Origin: Balanoglossus misakiensis
Taxonomy: Eukaryota; Animalia; Hemichordata
Length of the DNA stretch: 64,000 nt
Assembly (NCBI GenBank): GCA_040954595.2
Contig: CM082595.2
Coordinates: forward strand, 2,589,943 to 2,653,942
Direction of reading: 5' to 3'
In this document: positions 40,801 to 52,900 of the stretch, in pieces
How positions within the stretch are numbered: the stretch's first letter is position 1
How the letters are laid out: each line of letters starts with the position of its first letter
The notes under the pieces: model-generated
The model's database searches: none
What the model was told of the DNA's origin: nothing
Seen by the model: the letters and a program-made list of their open reading frames with translations, nothing else
Made by a program: the position numbers and the translations under genes

Positions 40801-41352
40801 AAGTATTGGATCAAATGATTTCTCAATCTCAGTGGAGTATACAACACCATTTGCATGAAACTGCTGATGATTTGCTTTACCAACTTCCTTGCTAAAATTC
40901 CTTCTGTTGATAAATGGGGAAGGGGCCGATGGTAAAAGTTAACATAAAATGGTCTATTGTCTAGGTAACAGTCTAATAGACCCCAATGAATAATGAGCAT
41001 TTTCGGTTACGAGAACCAAATGTTTCCTTCTTGCATTGATCACTGAAATGTGACTCTGTTTATCAGTCATATGTACAAGAAGTGTTTAAGTATTAAACTG
41101 GTAGTGTTTTCAGAAAATTGGGGGTATTACTTTTGAAGATGGCTTGCTTGACAGATTTGAAATAAATGCCATTTGTACTTTAAATATATTGTTTGTGTGT
41201 TACAGGTGAGAAGAGCTATCGAGGGGTCAAATCTTTACGACACCAGCGACTCCGACACAGATGCTGATGAAGATGAAGCAGCTCATGAAAGCCATAATGC
41301 AAGACAAACTGAACATGAGCTCCAGATGATGGCAGAGAGCAAGATGTCATAA
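29660..41352 (+). CDS. CLCN2: ClC-2-type voltage-gated chloride channel, about 833 aa (850 with cassette exon)
   Basis: Exons: 29660-29713, 32234-32366, 33075-33206, 33354-33482, 33657-33790, 33902-33979, 34132-34336, 34452-34536, 34659-34760, 35860-35944, 36091-36240, 36577-36757, 37049-37146, 37285-37403, 37522-37655, 37894-38093, 38187-38247, 38381-38427, [38835-38885], 39414-39449, 39672-39776, 40049-40135, 41206-41352. Motifs: YEQTLMYGRYT (ClC-2 N-terminal), GSGIPE, GKEGP, FSIEVT (Val at the proton-glutamate site, so a channel), GVFMP, IYDSII and CBS2 [10 protein letters not shown]. Confidence 0.93.
30566..30658 (+). mobile_element. ~93-bp TTAA-type MITE, diverged copy
   Basis: Same termini and core as 4857-4949. 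Confidence 0.65.
36803..37000. repeat. (CT)n/(CTAT)n microsatellite in ClC intron
   Basis: Directly visible. Confidence 0.95.
37720..37856. repeat. (GAT)n/(GGT)n microsatellite in ClC intron
   Basis: Directly visible; explains the poly-M/poly-I ORFs. Confidence 0.95.
38835..38885 (+). other. Candidate 51-nt cassette exon of ClC ([17 protein letters not shown])
   Basis: TACTAAC branch point at 38795-38801, AAG acceptor, GTAAGT donor, phase 0-0 and open in frame. Confidence 0.6.
40145..40230 (+). mobile_element. TTAA-type MITE, 3'-truncated copy
   Basis: Similarity to 3924-4016. Confidence 0.65.
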
Positions 41353-42897
41353 TGTGGGGTCATTGCTATGGTTACAGAGGTCACTGCCATGGAAATGGAG
41401 TGGCTGTGATTGCAGGGTTGTGTGAAGACTGGTGAATCCTAGCAACAAGAGTTTGTGATTAAACAGAAGCAGACATGTTGTCTGACAAAATAACGTCATT
41501 GTTGGGATATGGGTAATTCTTAAATGACAGATACGTCAATCAAAATAGAGGAAGTTATTAAAGCATTCCATCAACAGATATGAAAATCTTCTGCAGATTT
41601 ACCAGCCCTACATTTGTGGTGTTGTATCAGTTCAGGGTTTAAAGTAACCATTTGGTTTTAGTTCTCAGAGGTTCATGTGTTTTGAATGGTGAAATACCGT
41701 AAGAGATACCGGTATTTGTATTACACCATGTGTAAATGATACCAGGAGAGAAGGATGTAAACCTTACAAATATATTGGGTAAAGATAGAAAAACATTCCT
41801 TCCTAAAATGAACCCTCCTCGCAGTTACAGTAAATTTTATTTTTTATACTATGATCTAGATGTGTATATATTCTGTTCTTTGACAGGGTCTTGCTACTCC
41901 TGCTCTTGGGGTTGGGGTTTATTTTGGAGAAATCATCTAAATACCAATGTACCAGAGTTGAAAGCCCCCTCTTTGTCTTAGAACCTTTCAAGGATTTGAA
42001 ATCTTCCAAAGTCTTTCTACTCTGTGCTTTATTTTCTTTTTTTCTTCTAGAACTGAAAAGAAACGGGTGTTCACGTACTAGCTTGAAAACTCTGCAGTTC
42101 AGATTGTTTTCTGTAGAGTTAACCTGGAGGTTAGCGTGTATTTTGACTCTTTAACAGTGCCCACCCCTGGGCATTTATCTAAGCCTTTGTAAGGTTATGT
42201 TGAGGCTACAAAGTGTAATACTGCCAAGAGTTATAATGGCTGGGTGTACTGAATTTATTTCAAAAATAAATTTGTAGAAAGTCCAACAATATTTAATTGC
42301 ATGGTTTGCATGTTTAGAGTAGTTGTTTATTTAGCCTGCTAGTGATTGGTCAATAAGCAAAGAGAAGTGACTCTGCCTAATGTCTGATTGGTTGATTGGA
42401 AGTAGCAGTGACTCAGGTAATCCCCTGATTGGTTAGTTTGAAAATGAGCAGTCAGTAACTACTCCTGCCATATTAAATGTTAGAGTAAATCCACTCTTTG
42501 TCCTTACTCTGTCCCATTGATTAATGGGTAATCCACAAAGAGGCCATAAAAGTTTCAGTCAAGCACTTGACATCACAACCTTTCGACAAATCAAAGTCCC
42601 ATTTAATGACGTAGTGACGTCTTGGATAATCATTAATTTCAAGTATCCTGTTAAACTGCGTCATGTTGCTACAATCAAAGTAGGAGTGTCATAGCTGATC
42701 TCATAAAATAAACCAATTCTCTCTTAAAAGTGGAATACTAACTTGACACACCTCGTGGGCGTATATATTATGGTAGGATTAGAATTTTCTAAAGCATGAA
42801 CAATCAGCCAGTATATGCCAAGCTGTCCAGTGATGGAGGAACACTGGTATTAAACCCCCCATTGCTACCATCCCTGTGAAATGGGGATGAAAAGGTG

Positions 42898-42966
42898 TAG
42901 CCCTGCGTACAGGTCTGTGTGTTCACAGTGTTACACAGCCTCCACACAGACCTGTACGCAGGGCTA
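42898..42966. repeat. Perfect 24-bp inverted repeat with 21-nt loop (mini-MITE, TA ends)
   Basis: TAGCCCTGCGTACAGGTCTGTGTG / CACACAGACCTGTACGCAGGGCTA. Confidence 0.9.
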
Positions 42967-45900
42967 GAAAAGGTGCAAACGATTCACCATTCAGGTATAA
43001 TCTCTCAGGTGTTCAGTTATAGCAAAGGCAAACGATTCATTTCATTTCCAACTGACTTTAGCCTGATAAATAGAAATGAAATGAATCGTTTGCCTTTGAG
43101 TTATAGTGTGTGGTTAGAATATTGTGATAGGAACACTTACCGTGTACAGTGGGCTTTGTGTAAGGTTGATAATAATCCAAAACTCCAAGTCTCCAACACA
43201 GTTGTGGTACACACACACACAAATATCCATCCTCTCGTCTGTCAAGTATTCCTAGTGTATTTGCAATTCCTGGTCCCAGAAAGAACCGTTGCCTGCTCCC
43301 TGACGTTCTTTTAGTATTTGTTACGAGCAAATAATGTTTGGACAGGGTGACTAGATGTAGGCCCTAACCCTCATTCATAATGTTTGGAACTTACAAGAGA
43401 ATTGCAACTCGGCGACAAACTTTCTTCACGACGCGACATCTTGTTCAGCCACGCCCACCTTTTCCGTAGCTTGGGATAAGTCGGGAAAACACACATTATC
43501 CATGGATATTTAACCACATTCCTCGTTCATCCTTAGTAGCTGTGTATCCAGGCGCCTTACAGACAAAACAGACCATTATACTTGTTTCTCTGTGTCTTGC
43601 AGGCGATAAATAAGAAATGCAAACTGTTGACAACAGCAGACGACAGCATTGCATAACAAGCCGCCATCTTTGAAATGTTGACCCCAGGTCAAATGACGTC
43701 ATTGATGTGCGCCCTCTAACAAGAAGACTGCTCTAACCTTTCCTTTTCTGCTCAAGTGGTAGGGGAGGGGGAACTTGAAACATTTTCTAGAGAAATTAAT
43801 GAATTAATCAAGAGATTGAAGCAGAATAACTATAAGCAATAACTTTTTTAATATTACAATAAGTTGTCAGTACTAGCCTCCCGTTGTGCAAAGTATTTTG
43901 TCATAGTGTTAACTTACTAATTTAGTTTTAGATTTTTGAACAATTGAGTTATAATCCCTGTATCACTTGTACAGTTGTGTATAGTTGTAAATAATATTCA
44001 GAGTTAATATGAATTTGTTTTGTATTAACCAGCAATATATCAGGAAAGAATTTTTTTAGTGATGTGCAAATATTGAGGGACAATATCAGAATAAAACATA
44101 TGTGTTATATATACACACTTGGTATATGTCTGATGGGAAATCAATATATATCTATGGCACACACACACACACGCACACTAAAAACTGACAAACACACTTC
44201 ATATCATGGAATGAGTTTTTATCAATTGTCAACAAATGTTACATTACGAATTCAAAACACTTTCCCCAAAAATCAGAGATTTACAAAGTCAACAGATCGA
44301 GGGATGAGCGAGCACCCCCTCATTCTGTTTGATAAACCTAAAGCTGGTGTCTGTTGGCCACTGACGTTTAACGAATCCCACCCCAACTCATTTTCTAAGT
44401 AGTTATTCTACAAATGGGAGAAAAAAAAACACCATTTACAAAAATAATCGGTATTACATGTCATTACTCTTGAGAAAGACAGAAGTTTTCAATTCCATGT
44501 ATATGTGTCACTTCTGAAGACAAGGCAGTCTGAAACAAAAGTCAGTCATGAACATCAAGAGTTTTTGACCCCGACCTCTTTTTTTTTCTTCTCAAAAAGT
44601 TGTTTAAGATACTTGTATACAAAAAAAAATGCTAAAGGTTAAAAAATAAAACAAAAAACAACATGGCAGCTAGGACTGAACTTACTGATATATACTGGTG
44701 TTATGGTAGTGAGATACGGTATCTATGGAAACATGGCAGTTAATAACACTTCTAATGTATATATGGCAGTGGCAGGCCTTAAACATAGGTCATAGGTCAC
44801 AGGTCCTGGCTCCCTGAACTTTGACCTTTTCAGATGACCTATGACCCATGTCACAGCCTGCTGCTCATGGCAGCCAGGATGTCCAAATAGTGGCAACAGA
44901 TTTTCCCCTTTTGTTTATCGGACCTAAATTCCCTTACTGCAAGTCAAACATCTACTGGTTTCAAACTATGGTATATAGAAATCTTCAACATAATGGCGAA
45001 CACAAAAATATTGGAAACAGACACCAAAATCGACAAACAGTTCTCAAAACATAAACCTTCTTCAAATATGAGTCCATGATAACGAAATGTCTCACAGAAG
45101 AAATTCTAAAAATTACAAAATGGAGGATAGTTGAGGCGTCTCCTATTCTAGGTTTCTATGACAACAAATTTAGAATCTATCTTTTGTACAAACATAGCAC
45201 AAACAAGAAGTAACATTTGAATGATGATAAATACAGAATTCATTTTACGAGAACACTGGGTAATGGAAATGTCTACGTCACAGTTTAGAGTACAGGTGAC
45301 CAGATGAGTGTGGTATTTGATCCATTTTCAAGAAAGTTGAAGAAATCAACTCACAAATTTTGACAGTCATCGACATCTTGGTAAGTGATAGGATCAATCC
45401 ATTAGACTGACTTGAGGATAGATCCACCCAACAACCAACAGGTCTTACTAGCCAATCAGATTGGAGGACTGATCCACCAATCAGATGCCTACGATTGTAC
45501 AGTACATGGACAAGCATATTTACATGAGAAAGATGTAGAGATATTTTTTTAACATCCCAATCAACCAATCTGACATCTGTTCAGAATTTTAGTTTAGCAG
45601 GTAACACCCATCCCTGCCAATATTCCTTGGTTTCATGATTCAATGAAGAAAACTACTTTCTAATGATCTACAAAAGAAATACTTGTGTAAATGCAGTAAA
45701 ATACATTTGATATATATATTTCTTTCACAACAGCTACAACAAAAAGAAGTCTGATAAACAAACCCTATACTACCCCACTTTTGAATAATGGTCTGCCCCC
45801 AAAACAGCAGGCCAATCCATGGTTGGTTCCACTACAGCTGTGAAACAGTATAAGGGATAGTACCATTTTCACTACAGGGTTGAAACAGCATAGAGGACAG

Positions 45901-46991
45901 CAGGACAGTAATAATAGACATCTGCAATATAAACCCCCTCTACTCCCCCGTTTTTGAATAGAGTCTGCCCCCAAATCGGCAGACTCAGTGGGATCCACTC
46001 AAGGGGTGGTAGAAAGAATGATTGAAGAGAGGGATAACTTGTTGAAAGATAACTTTTTTAACAAAACAGTCTAGGCAGTTAGTGTGGTTTCTACAGATTC
46101 TGAGGGCAAAAGATTTCTACTTCACTGTTTTTCTGAACACCAGTTCAATCAGAAATTCAATAATTCCCACGAGATAAACCCATAATTCCCATGAAACTGA
46201 CTGCTGGGATCAAGCTTGTCATTTTCACAAACCGATCAAGTTTTTGGCAGATATACAAATTGATAATGGCAGGTTTTCTTCACAAGTATATGACTGTGCT
46301 TTGGCTCTTAAAAACATTGCTTACGGATAAAACGAGAAACTGATAAAAAGCTGGCACAGAAAATATGCCCCTGGTAGGCTGACTTCCCATAAAATCATTC
46401 ACAAAGCTGAATTAGAGTCTATTTTGCAGTCACACTATATTAAATGCTAACAGATTTTCAGGACACAGAAATAGTGCAGTTCAAAGTGGACAGGAATAAA
46501 ACGAAAAACTGAAACGGTTAAAAAAAAGCATTGATTAATACAATTCTTTGTGCAGTGTGCTAGCAAAACACAACAAAATAAAAGCTTTAGGTTTTTTTCA
46601 AACATGCCCTGTCACCATGCAAAATGTAAAAAAAAAAAATTATAAAAAAAGTCCAACGAGACTTTGGCAGATTTTGTGACACAACAGGGCATTAAACATT
46701 CTAAAAGCAATGAATACTTCTATGAGTTGAGATAAAATAAATGGTTGAGAGTAACAAACTATAATGTTTCCCAAAAAGTACAAACAACGTTTTATATTTA
46801 CTTCTAATAAAAGCATGTACTTCTCGATACAAGACAGGCTTCAAATGCATGTTGTCTGGTCAAGTTTTCCCATCAAATACATGCAATGTTCCCCATTATT
46901 TCAAAATGGTTTAGTCCGTTATGTGTATTGAAACACACGACCCATTTGGCGGATAGGGGGTGGCAGGGTTGATTTGGAGGGGGGAGTGTGT

Positions 46992-49900
46992 TCAGTGTTT
47001 GGCGTTTCTGTCCCTCAGTGTCATTTTACGTGGCTTCTCCTCGATGTCTTCCTTGTTGGCTTCTTTGCACGCTGACCTCTCTAGTTCCATTTCCATCTCT
47101 TGCTCCATCTTCATCACCAGAGTTTGCTTCAACGTGAACCTGGTGGCGTGGTAGACACTGTGAGGGTCAGCCGACCCCTGGCTGTGCAGGCTCATAGTAG
47201 ACGCGGAACTGCTCGACCTCAGCATGCTGGGAGTACCGTTGAAATTGTTGGCAGCTTTGTAATCGATGATGGCCTTCCAGATCTTGTCTTTCTGACGGGG
47301 TGCGATGTCCATATCTTCAAGATCCTGGTTTCCAAAATAAAATAAAAAATATCCATGAGAAAGACAGAACCAAATCAGAAATGTTCAAGTTTATATTTCT
47401 GAAATCATGTTGCAAATTGTAATCCATATTTTCCAGAAAAAATTCTCACAAAGTTATAGGCACACAGGGAGAGGGCAAGAACACTTACATCTACTGTGAT
47501 CTCTTCTAACTGATGCACGAACAGATAACCTTTCTTGCGGAATGCGTCATTGTAGTTTTCACAAGACATTTTACTCAACCACCTGGAAGAAAACCAGAAA
47601 CATGAATTATCAGTGTGTGATCCTCCCGAGTCCATACTGTTAATCTCAAAGTCCTCATGATGTCTAACGAAAATTCTATGAAGTTTTCTTGACTCTTGAA
47701 ATGATTCTTCCGTGTGAGATCCTTACCCATTGATGCTCATATCCGGGATGGATGACTGTGAGAACCCGATGGATGTAGACGGCATGTGAGATGGCGATAT
47801 GGTCTGTTGGTGAGCGAAACCCTGGCTGTCGGCCATCAAGGTGGGACCATTCTGCATCGGGGGCGGGGGTGGCAGTGCGACGCCGCTGTCCGTCTCGTCG
47901 TAACCGCCGCCGTTTTCATTACCCGGGTGGTAACCGCCGTCTCGGCTGGAGTTGGGAGCAAAAGAGTTGATAGGGGGCAGACCGTTATTAATGCTACCTT
48001 GACTAGGATACGAAGCGGATCTGGATAAGCTAGGATGTGAAGCCCTGTAAAAAGAAAAGAGTCCAGCCCACGTGAGTTATACTCTGCAGCGACCTGCTTG
48101 ATTTACACACAATACACAACACCTATAGAGAAATGGGAAACGTGTACATTATATGCTAAACAGATGAAGAAATGACTCCATGGAAAGAAGTTACTGTATG
48201 CACACAGGAAACCTAGATGAAACCAAAAAACAAAGTGAAACAAAAAAAAAAAGATGTTGAGATCATGCTAAATGAAATGAATCATGCAGATTATGTATCA
48301 AAAGATGAAAATATGAAATAATAACTATTCATGCTAGAATATAAAGATATGGAGTGACTGCAAGGAAGTATGTATTTTTATGGGGAGGGGATGGGGAGGG
48401 CGGGGGAGGGGAGGGGCATATTTCTAGTCTAAGCTCTGATCCTAGATAATTTGTTAATATTAGTGACTACATTTTCTAGTCAGCTAAATATTAGAATTAG
48501 TCACACACATTCTCATACAATCCTGAGTCAACACAATAACTTTGTCAAAAGAAACCATATTATAAAATTTATTTCAAACACTTTGAAAAAGGTATAAAAT
48601 TATTCAAAATACAATACTCAGTCAATTAAATAATGTATACTGTAGGAAAGTTTTATCTATATACATTTGATCTTTGCATAGAGGAAAGAATGTGAAGTTT
48701 GTAAAGGTCCTTTCAAGCTTTGAAAAATATTGGAATTTGTGATGTGTCTTGCTTATAATGGAAGTTTTATTCAAACCTTAAATTGTTTTGAAATAAGAGT
48801 AATAGCAATGATAATTTAAATTAGAAATAGTTTCAACAAAGATATGCAAACAGAGAATAATTTAAAAATAATTAGGAATAATAGCAATCTCGTACAAGTT
48901 GTACTCATTCATGAAAAACTTTTACCTAGGTATATTTCAATATATTAAAATAAAGAAAAAAGATAGTATATAAATTTCTTCTAGCTTTCTCAACATGAAA
49001 AGATGTTGAATACTATTTACTGTGTATAAAAATATGAATGTTTCAATTTGGCGGTGAATACAGCTAACGGCAGCTACATCGTCTGATGCAAATACTGTAT
49101 AAAGTGGCAGTCTATTGGTTATTGTTTTGGTAAAGCTATGTCATGTTACGTCTGATTGGCTGATTGAATTAAAGTTGGTAGTGATCGGGGAGGTTGGCAG
49201 TAAAACATCAATGGTATCTCAACATTATTCTGAAGGTGTTCGAGGTTTAAATGTTTACAGACTTGATTTATTAGTGAAAAATATTTGTTTCTGAGCTGCC
49301 TAGGCTTTCAAATTCTTTCCAATCATGGCCCGAGGGATTTTTATGTCTTGTGACATCATGAGTCAGGCTTAGATGACAGATGAAATAAATCTTGCTATAT
49401 AACAGAATGTGGGGCCATTAAAATGCTTTCAAAGTAAACACGCACACAGCAGTACTATCACAGGGTAGAAAACCCAGTGAAGTAAAACTCTTTCTTTTAT
49501 TTAACAATAGTCCTACACACACTGATGGTGGTTGTCTGTCTGTCCATATATGGGCATGCGCATCAATAGTGCGATTTCACATTTTGTCGGTCTTTGGCTT
49601 CTTTCCAAGTAGAACTGGAGGGACTGGATTCGACCTGAAATAATCCAGGCAGATCAGTCACCAATTGGCATGGCAACGATGTCAAAGTACACCCACTACA
49701 CATCATCACAAGCCAGGAATGGTCTCTGCCTCTCTCTCTCTCTCTCTTTGCGTGAAACACCAGCAATTTTCACTGGTTTCGCGTGGAACATAATATGCTA
49801 ATGCATTCAAATTAGTCAGTTTTCACAATATTTGATTGGTTGTAGCAGGTCACGTGATTGACATTGGGTATTTGATTGGCTGTAGTAGGTCACGTGACTG

Positions 49901-52900
49901 GCATTGGGTATTGATGGCTTCCTGTCTGTCATGACACTGCACGCAGTGTTGTTGACCTGAGTAATGGATTCTCCGCTGATAGCAGTTTTAATTGACTCCT
50001 TGCATGCAAAAAGGCTGGAAGAAAATCGAAATCGGGTAGAAGATTTATAAACACACAGCTCTTCATACAAACTCACCTTGTTCAAACCCAGTCGGTCCGC
50101 AGCGGTGCGATCATTGACCAGTCAAAATTTCAATAAATTCGGACAAATGGTTTGCTATCTGATTCACAGTGGAACCTCCTCCAAGTAATAAATGTGTGGG
50201 CCAAGTTTTTTTCTTTTAGGGGTGGGGAGTGAAGGGGCAGGCTTATTTTTTTGAAGTACAGTGACCTATCATAAAGTGAACAAGCAAACAGTCATGTCTA
50301 GATATAAATTTATCGAATGAACAATTTTCCCTGCAAAAATGTGAGGGCCTGTGGGGGGAAGAGTGCGAGGGGCAAATTAAGTTTGAGGTGGAAAATGCAA
50401 GGAGAGTGAGAAATTTGGACGTGATGTGACGTGAAAATGAGACTATGAATATAGCAAAAGGCTTTTTCTGTTCCATCACCAGATAAAAAAAAGGCAACAC
50501 CAAAAAAATACAAAGAGAGAGAGGCAGATACCCATCAGAAAATGAACCAAAAATCTGGCATTAATTTTCTGTGGCAGAATATAAGAATACTGACATCTCA
50601 TGAAGTATGAACACATATAAAACAATTGTTGAAAAATGCACAAATATGAAGCCAAATTAAAATTTTACAAAACTGAGAAAAGTTTAAATTTGTGCACTAT
50701 TTTTGGATCAGAATCGATGGGCAAGTCTGCACTCGCATATTTAAGACATTTTTATTTATTTTTTCTTTGCAATTTTGCGTGATACGAAAAAAAACTTGAT
50801 GGACTTACTGTCTGTGTTGCTGTGCCCTGTACTGGTTGACAGTGTTCTGAGGAATATAACTCATCAGTTCTAACGACTCTTTGACCTTCATTAAAATCTC
50901 ATAATTTTCTCGTCCCCTAACCTGTAACAGAAAATAAGTTGTCAGTTATTTCATTTCCAGATATTTGTGTTCAAATATTTTCTCTTAAATTTATAATTTA
51001 AAAAATCAAATAGTTTCTCTCGTCTTTCAATCAAACAAGTACATCCCTTCTCCAAGCCTGTTGAAAGCCACCCCTCTGTCCCCACAATATGGTACAACCC
51101 ACTGTATTCATAGGCCTGGTTGGTACCATTAATAGGAGGGAAATAGGGGTGGAAGGTATAAACACCCAGCTTACCGTCAGAGTGTAAATATCATCGTCTC
51201 CCTTCCTTCTCTTGGTGCCAACAGACATCACCTGGAAGCCTTGTGTTTTGCTGAACCCTAAAAAACACAACAAAAGAAATCATTTCAACAACACTTTCAA
51301 AAGACAAAGCAATATCGCATCAGCTGTCTTGTCGGACGAAAACAGACCAGTAAATAACCAATGACTGTTGTAGCATCTTGTATCGCTTGCATAGAATCCT
51401 GAAGATGCCTGCACTCTTCTGCACTCTCTTGACAGGCACAGAAACAACAGAAACTCAAAATTATAACATCCGACGTCGCGGAAGAAAACTCACCTCTTTT
51501 TAGTTGCTTTGGTGGCGGCTGGGCATGTCTTTCATCTGTTTTTCTGTCTCGGCCGGGGCAGGCACAGATTCTCACTTCAAGAACCTTTCTCCCCAGTACA
51601 GTATTACTGAAACATAAATTGAAAAATTCATCAACTTGAATGCTTCAGACTGCTTTCATCTTGTTGTTTTTTTATTGATCTTCAAAAACCAGTCCTCATT
51701 CTTGGATAAGTTCATAATATCTGTTTCGTATGACACCTGTATTCCCACTCCGACGCGAACTTTGCGAGAAGCACAACAAAGCTGCTGTAATATGGGAAGG
51801 ATTTGCTCTCTGCTACACATCTTGTGCACCAAACATGGCCGCCTGACGACAGCTATGGTGCATCTTGGTTGGCAGCATGGGTTCAGATTCACCCCTGTTT
51901 CCTTGTATAGAGGTCCAACTTTACCACTGAAAACAATGGATTTGGATCAAACCATTGTGGCAAAAAGGGTTAAAACTGTCCATTGTGTCCCTCACTCGAA
52001 TGCAATGTTAGAAGACTTACTCTTTTTCCAACTGGAAGATAACTTGGATCGGTCGACGATTCAGTCCTCCCACACACGATGAAAAACACATGAATGAGTA
52101 CAAGCAAGTGAAAAACTCTGTCCCAACTGAAAATCAAACAGATTAAACCATAGTGAGCATGTATACATACTAACATGATTTGACTTCATGTGCAACATAC
52201 CTTGAGGGTTTTTTCCCAATATGTGCATCATGTTGAACATGTATACTAACATGATTTGACTTCATGTGTAACATATCTTGAGGGTTTGGATCTATTCACG
52301 TAATGTTCAATGTACACATATGCATCAATGTTGAACACATGATGAGACTTCATGTGCAACATACCTTGAGGGTTTGGATCTATTCATGTAACGTTCAATG
52401 TACACATATGCATTATGTTGAAAACATGATGAGACTTCATGTGCAACATACCTTGAGAGTTTGGATCTATTCATGTAATGTTCAATGTACACATATTCTC
52501 ATGTTGAAAACATGATGAGACTTCATGTGCAACATACCTTGAGGGTGTTCACACGGGACAATAACACTCTGTCTCCCGGTTGTGGGATCCTCAGTGTACA
52601 TCGCTTGGACGTTCTCGCAACGGACAAGATGGGACGGGGCTGGGTGGCGCTCGTTGTGCTCTTTGGCCGAGGAGTGGTTTGGACATCTCTTGACCACTTC
52701 TTTGACGTGTTCTGGACGTTTAAAGACGGGCATGGCTCGAATGATGCTCCCGGGCGGGGGCTGTGTTCGGCATTTGAATTTGATCGGGCAGGTCACACCC
52801 ATACGTACATACAACTTCTTCAACAATTCTGAATACTGTGAAAACACATAAAAATACACAAATTAATAAATGTTATTTGGATTTGAAGTATAAAATCTTC

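Noticed and set aside
50077-50158. Possible extra exon (donor AAG|GTGAGT) containing a 14-bp match to the array palindrome
   Set aside because: The acceptor is weak, there is an immediate in-frame stop, and the short match can be chance.
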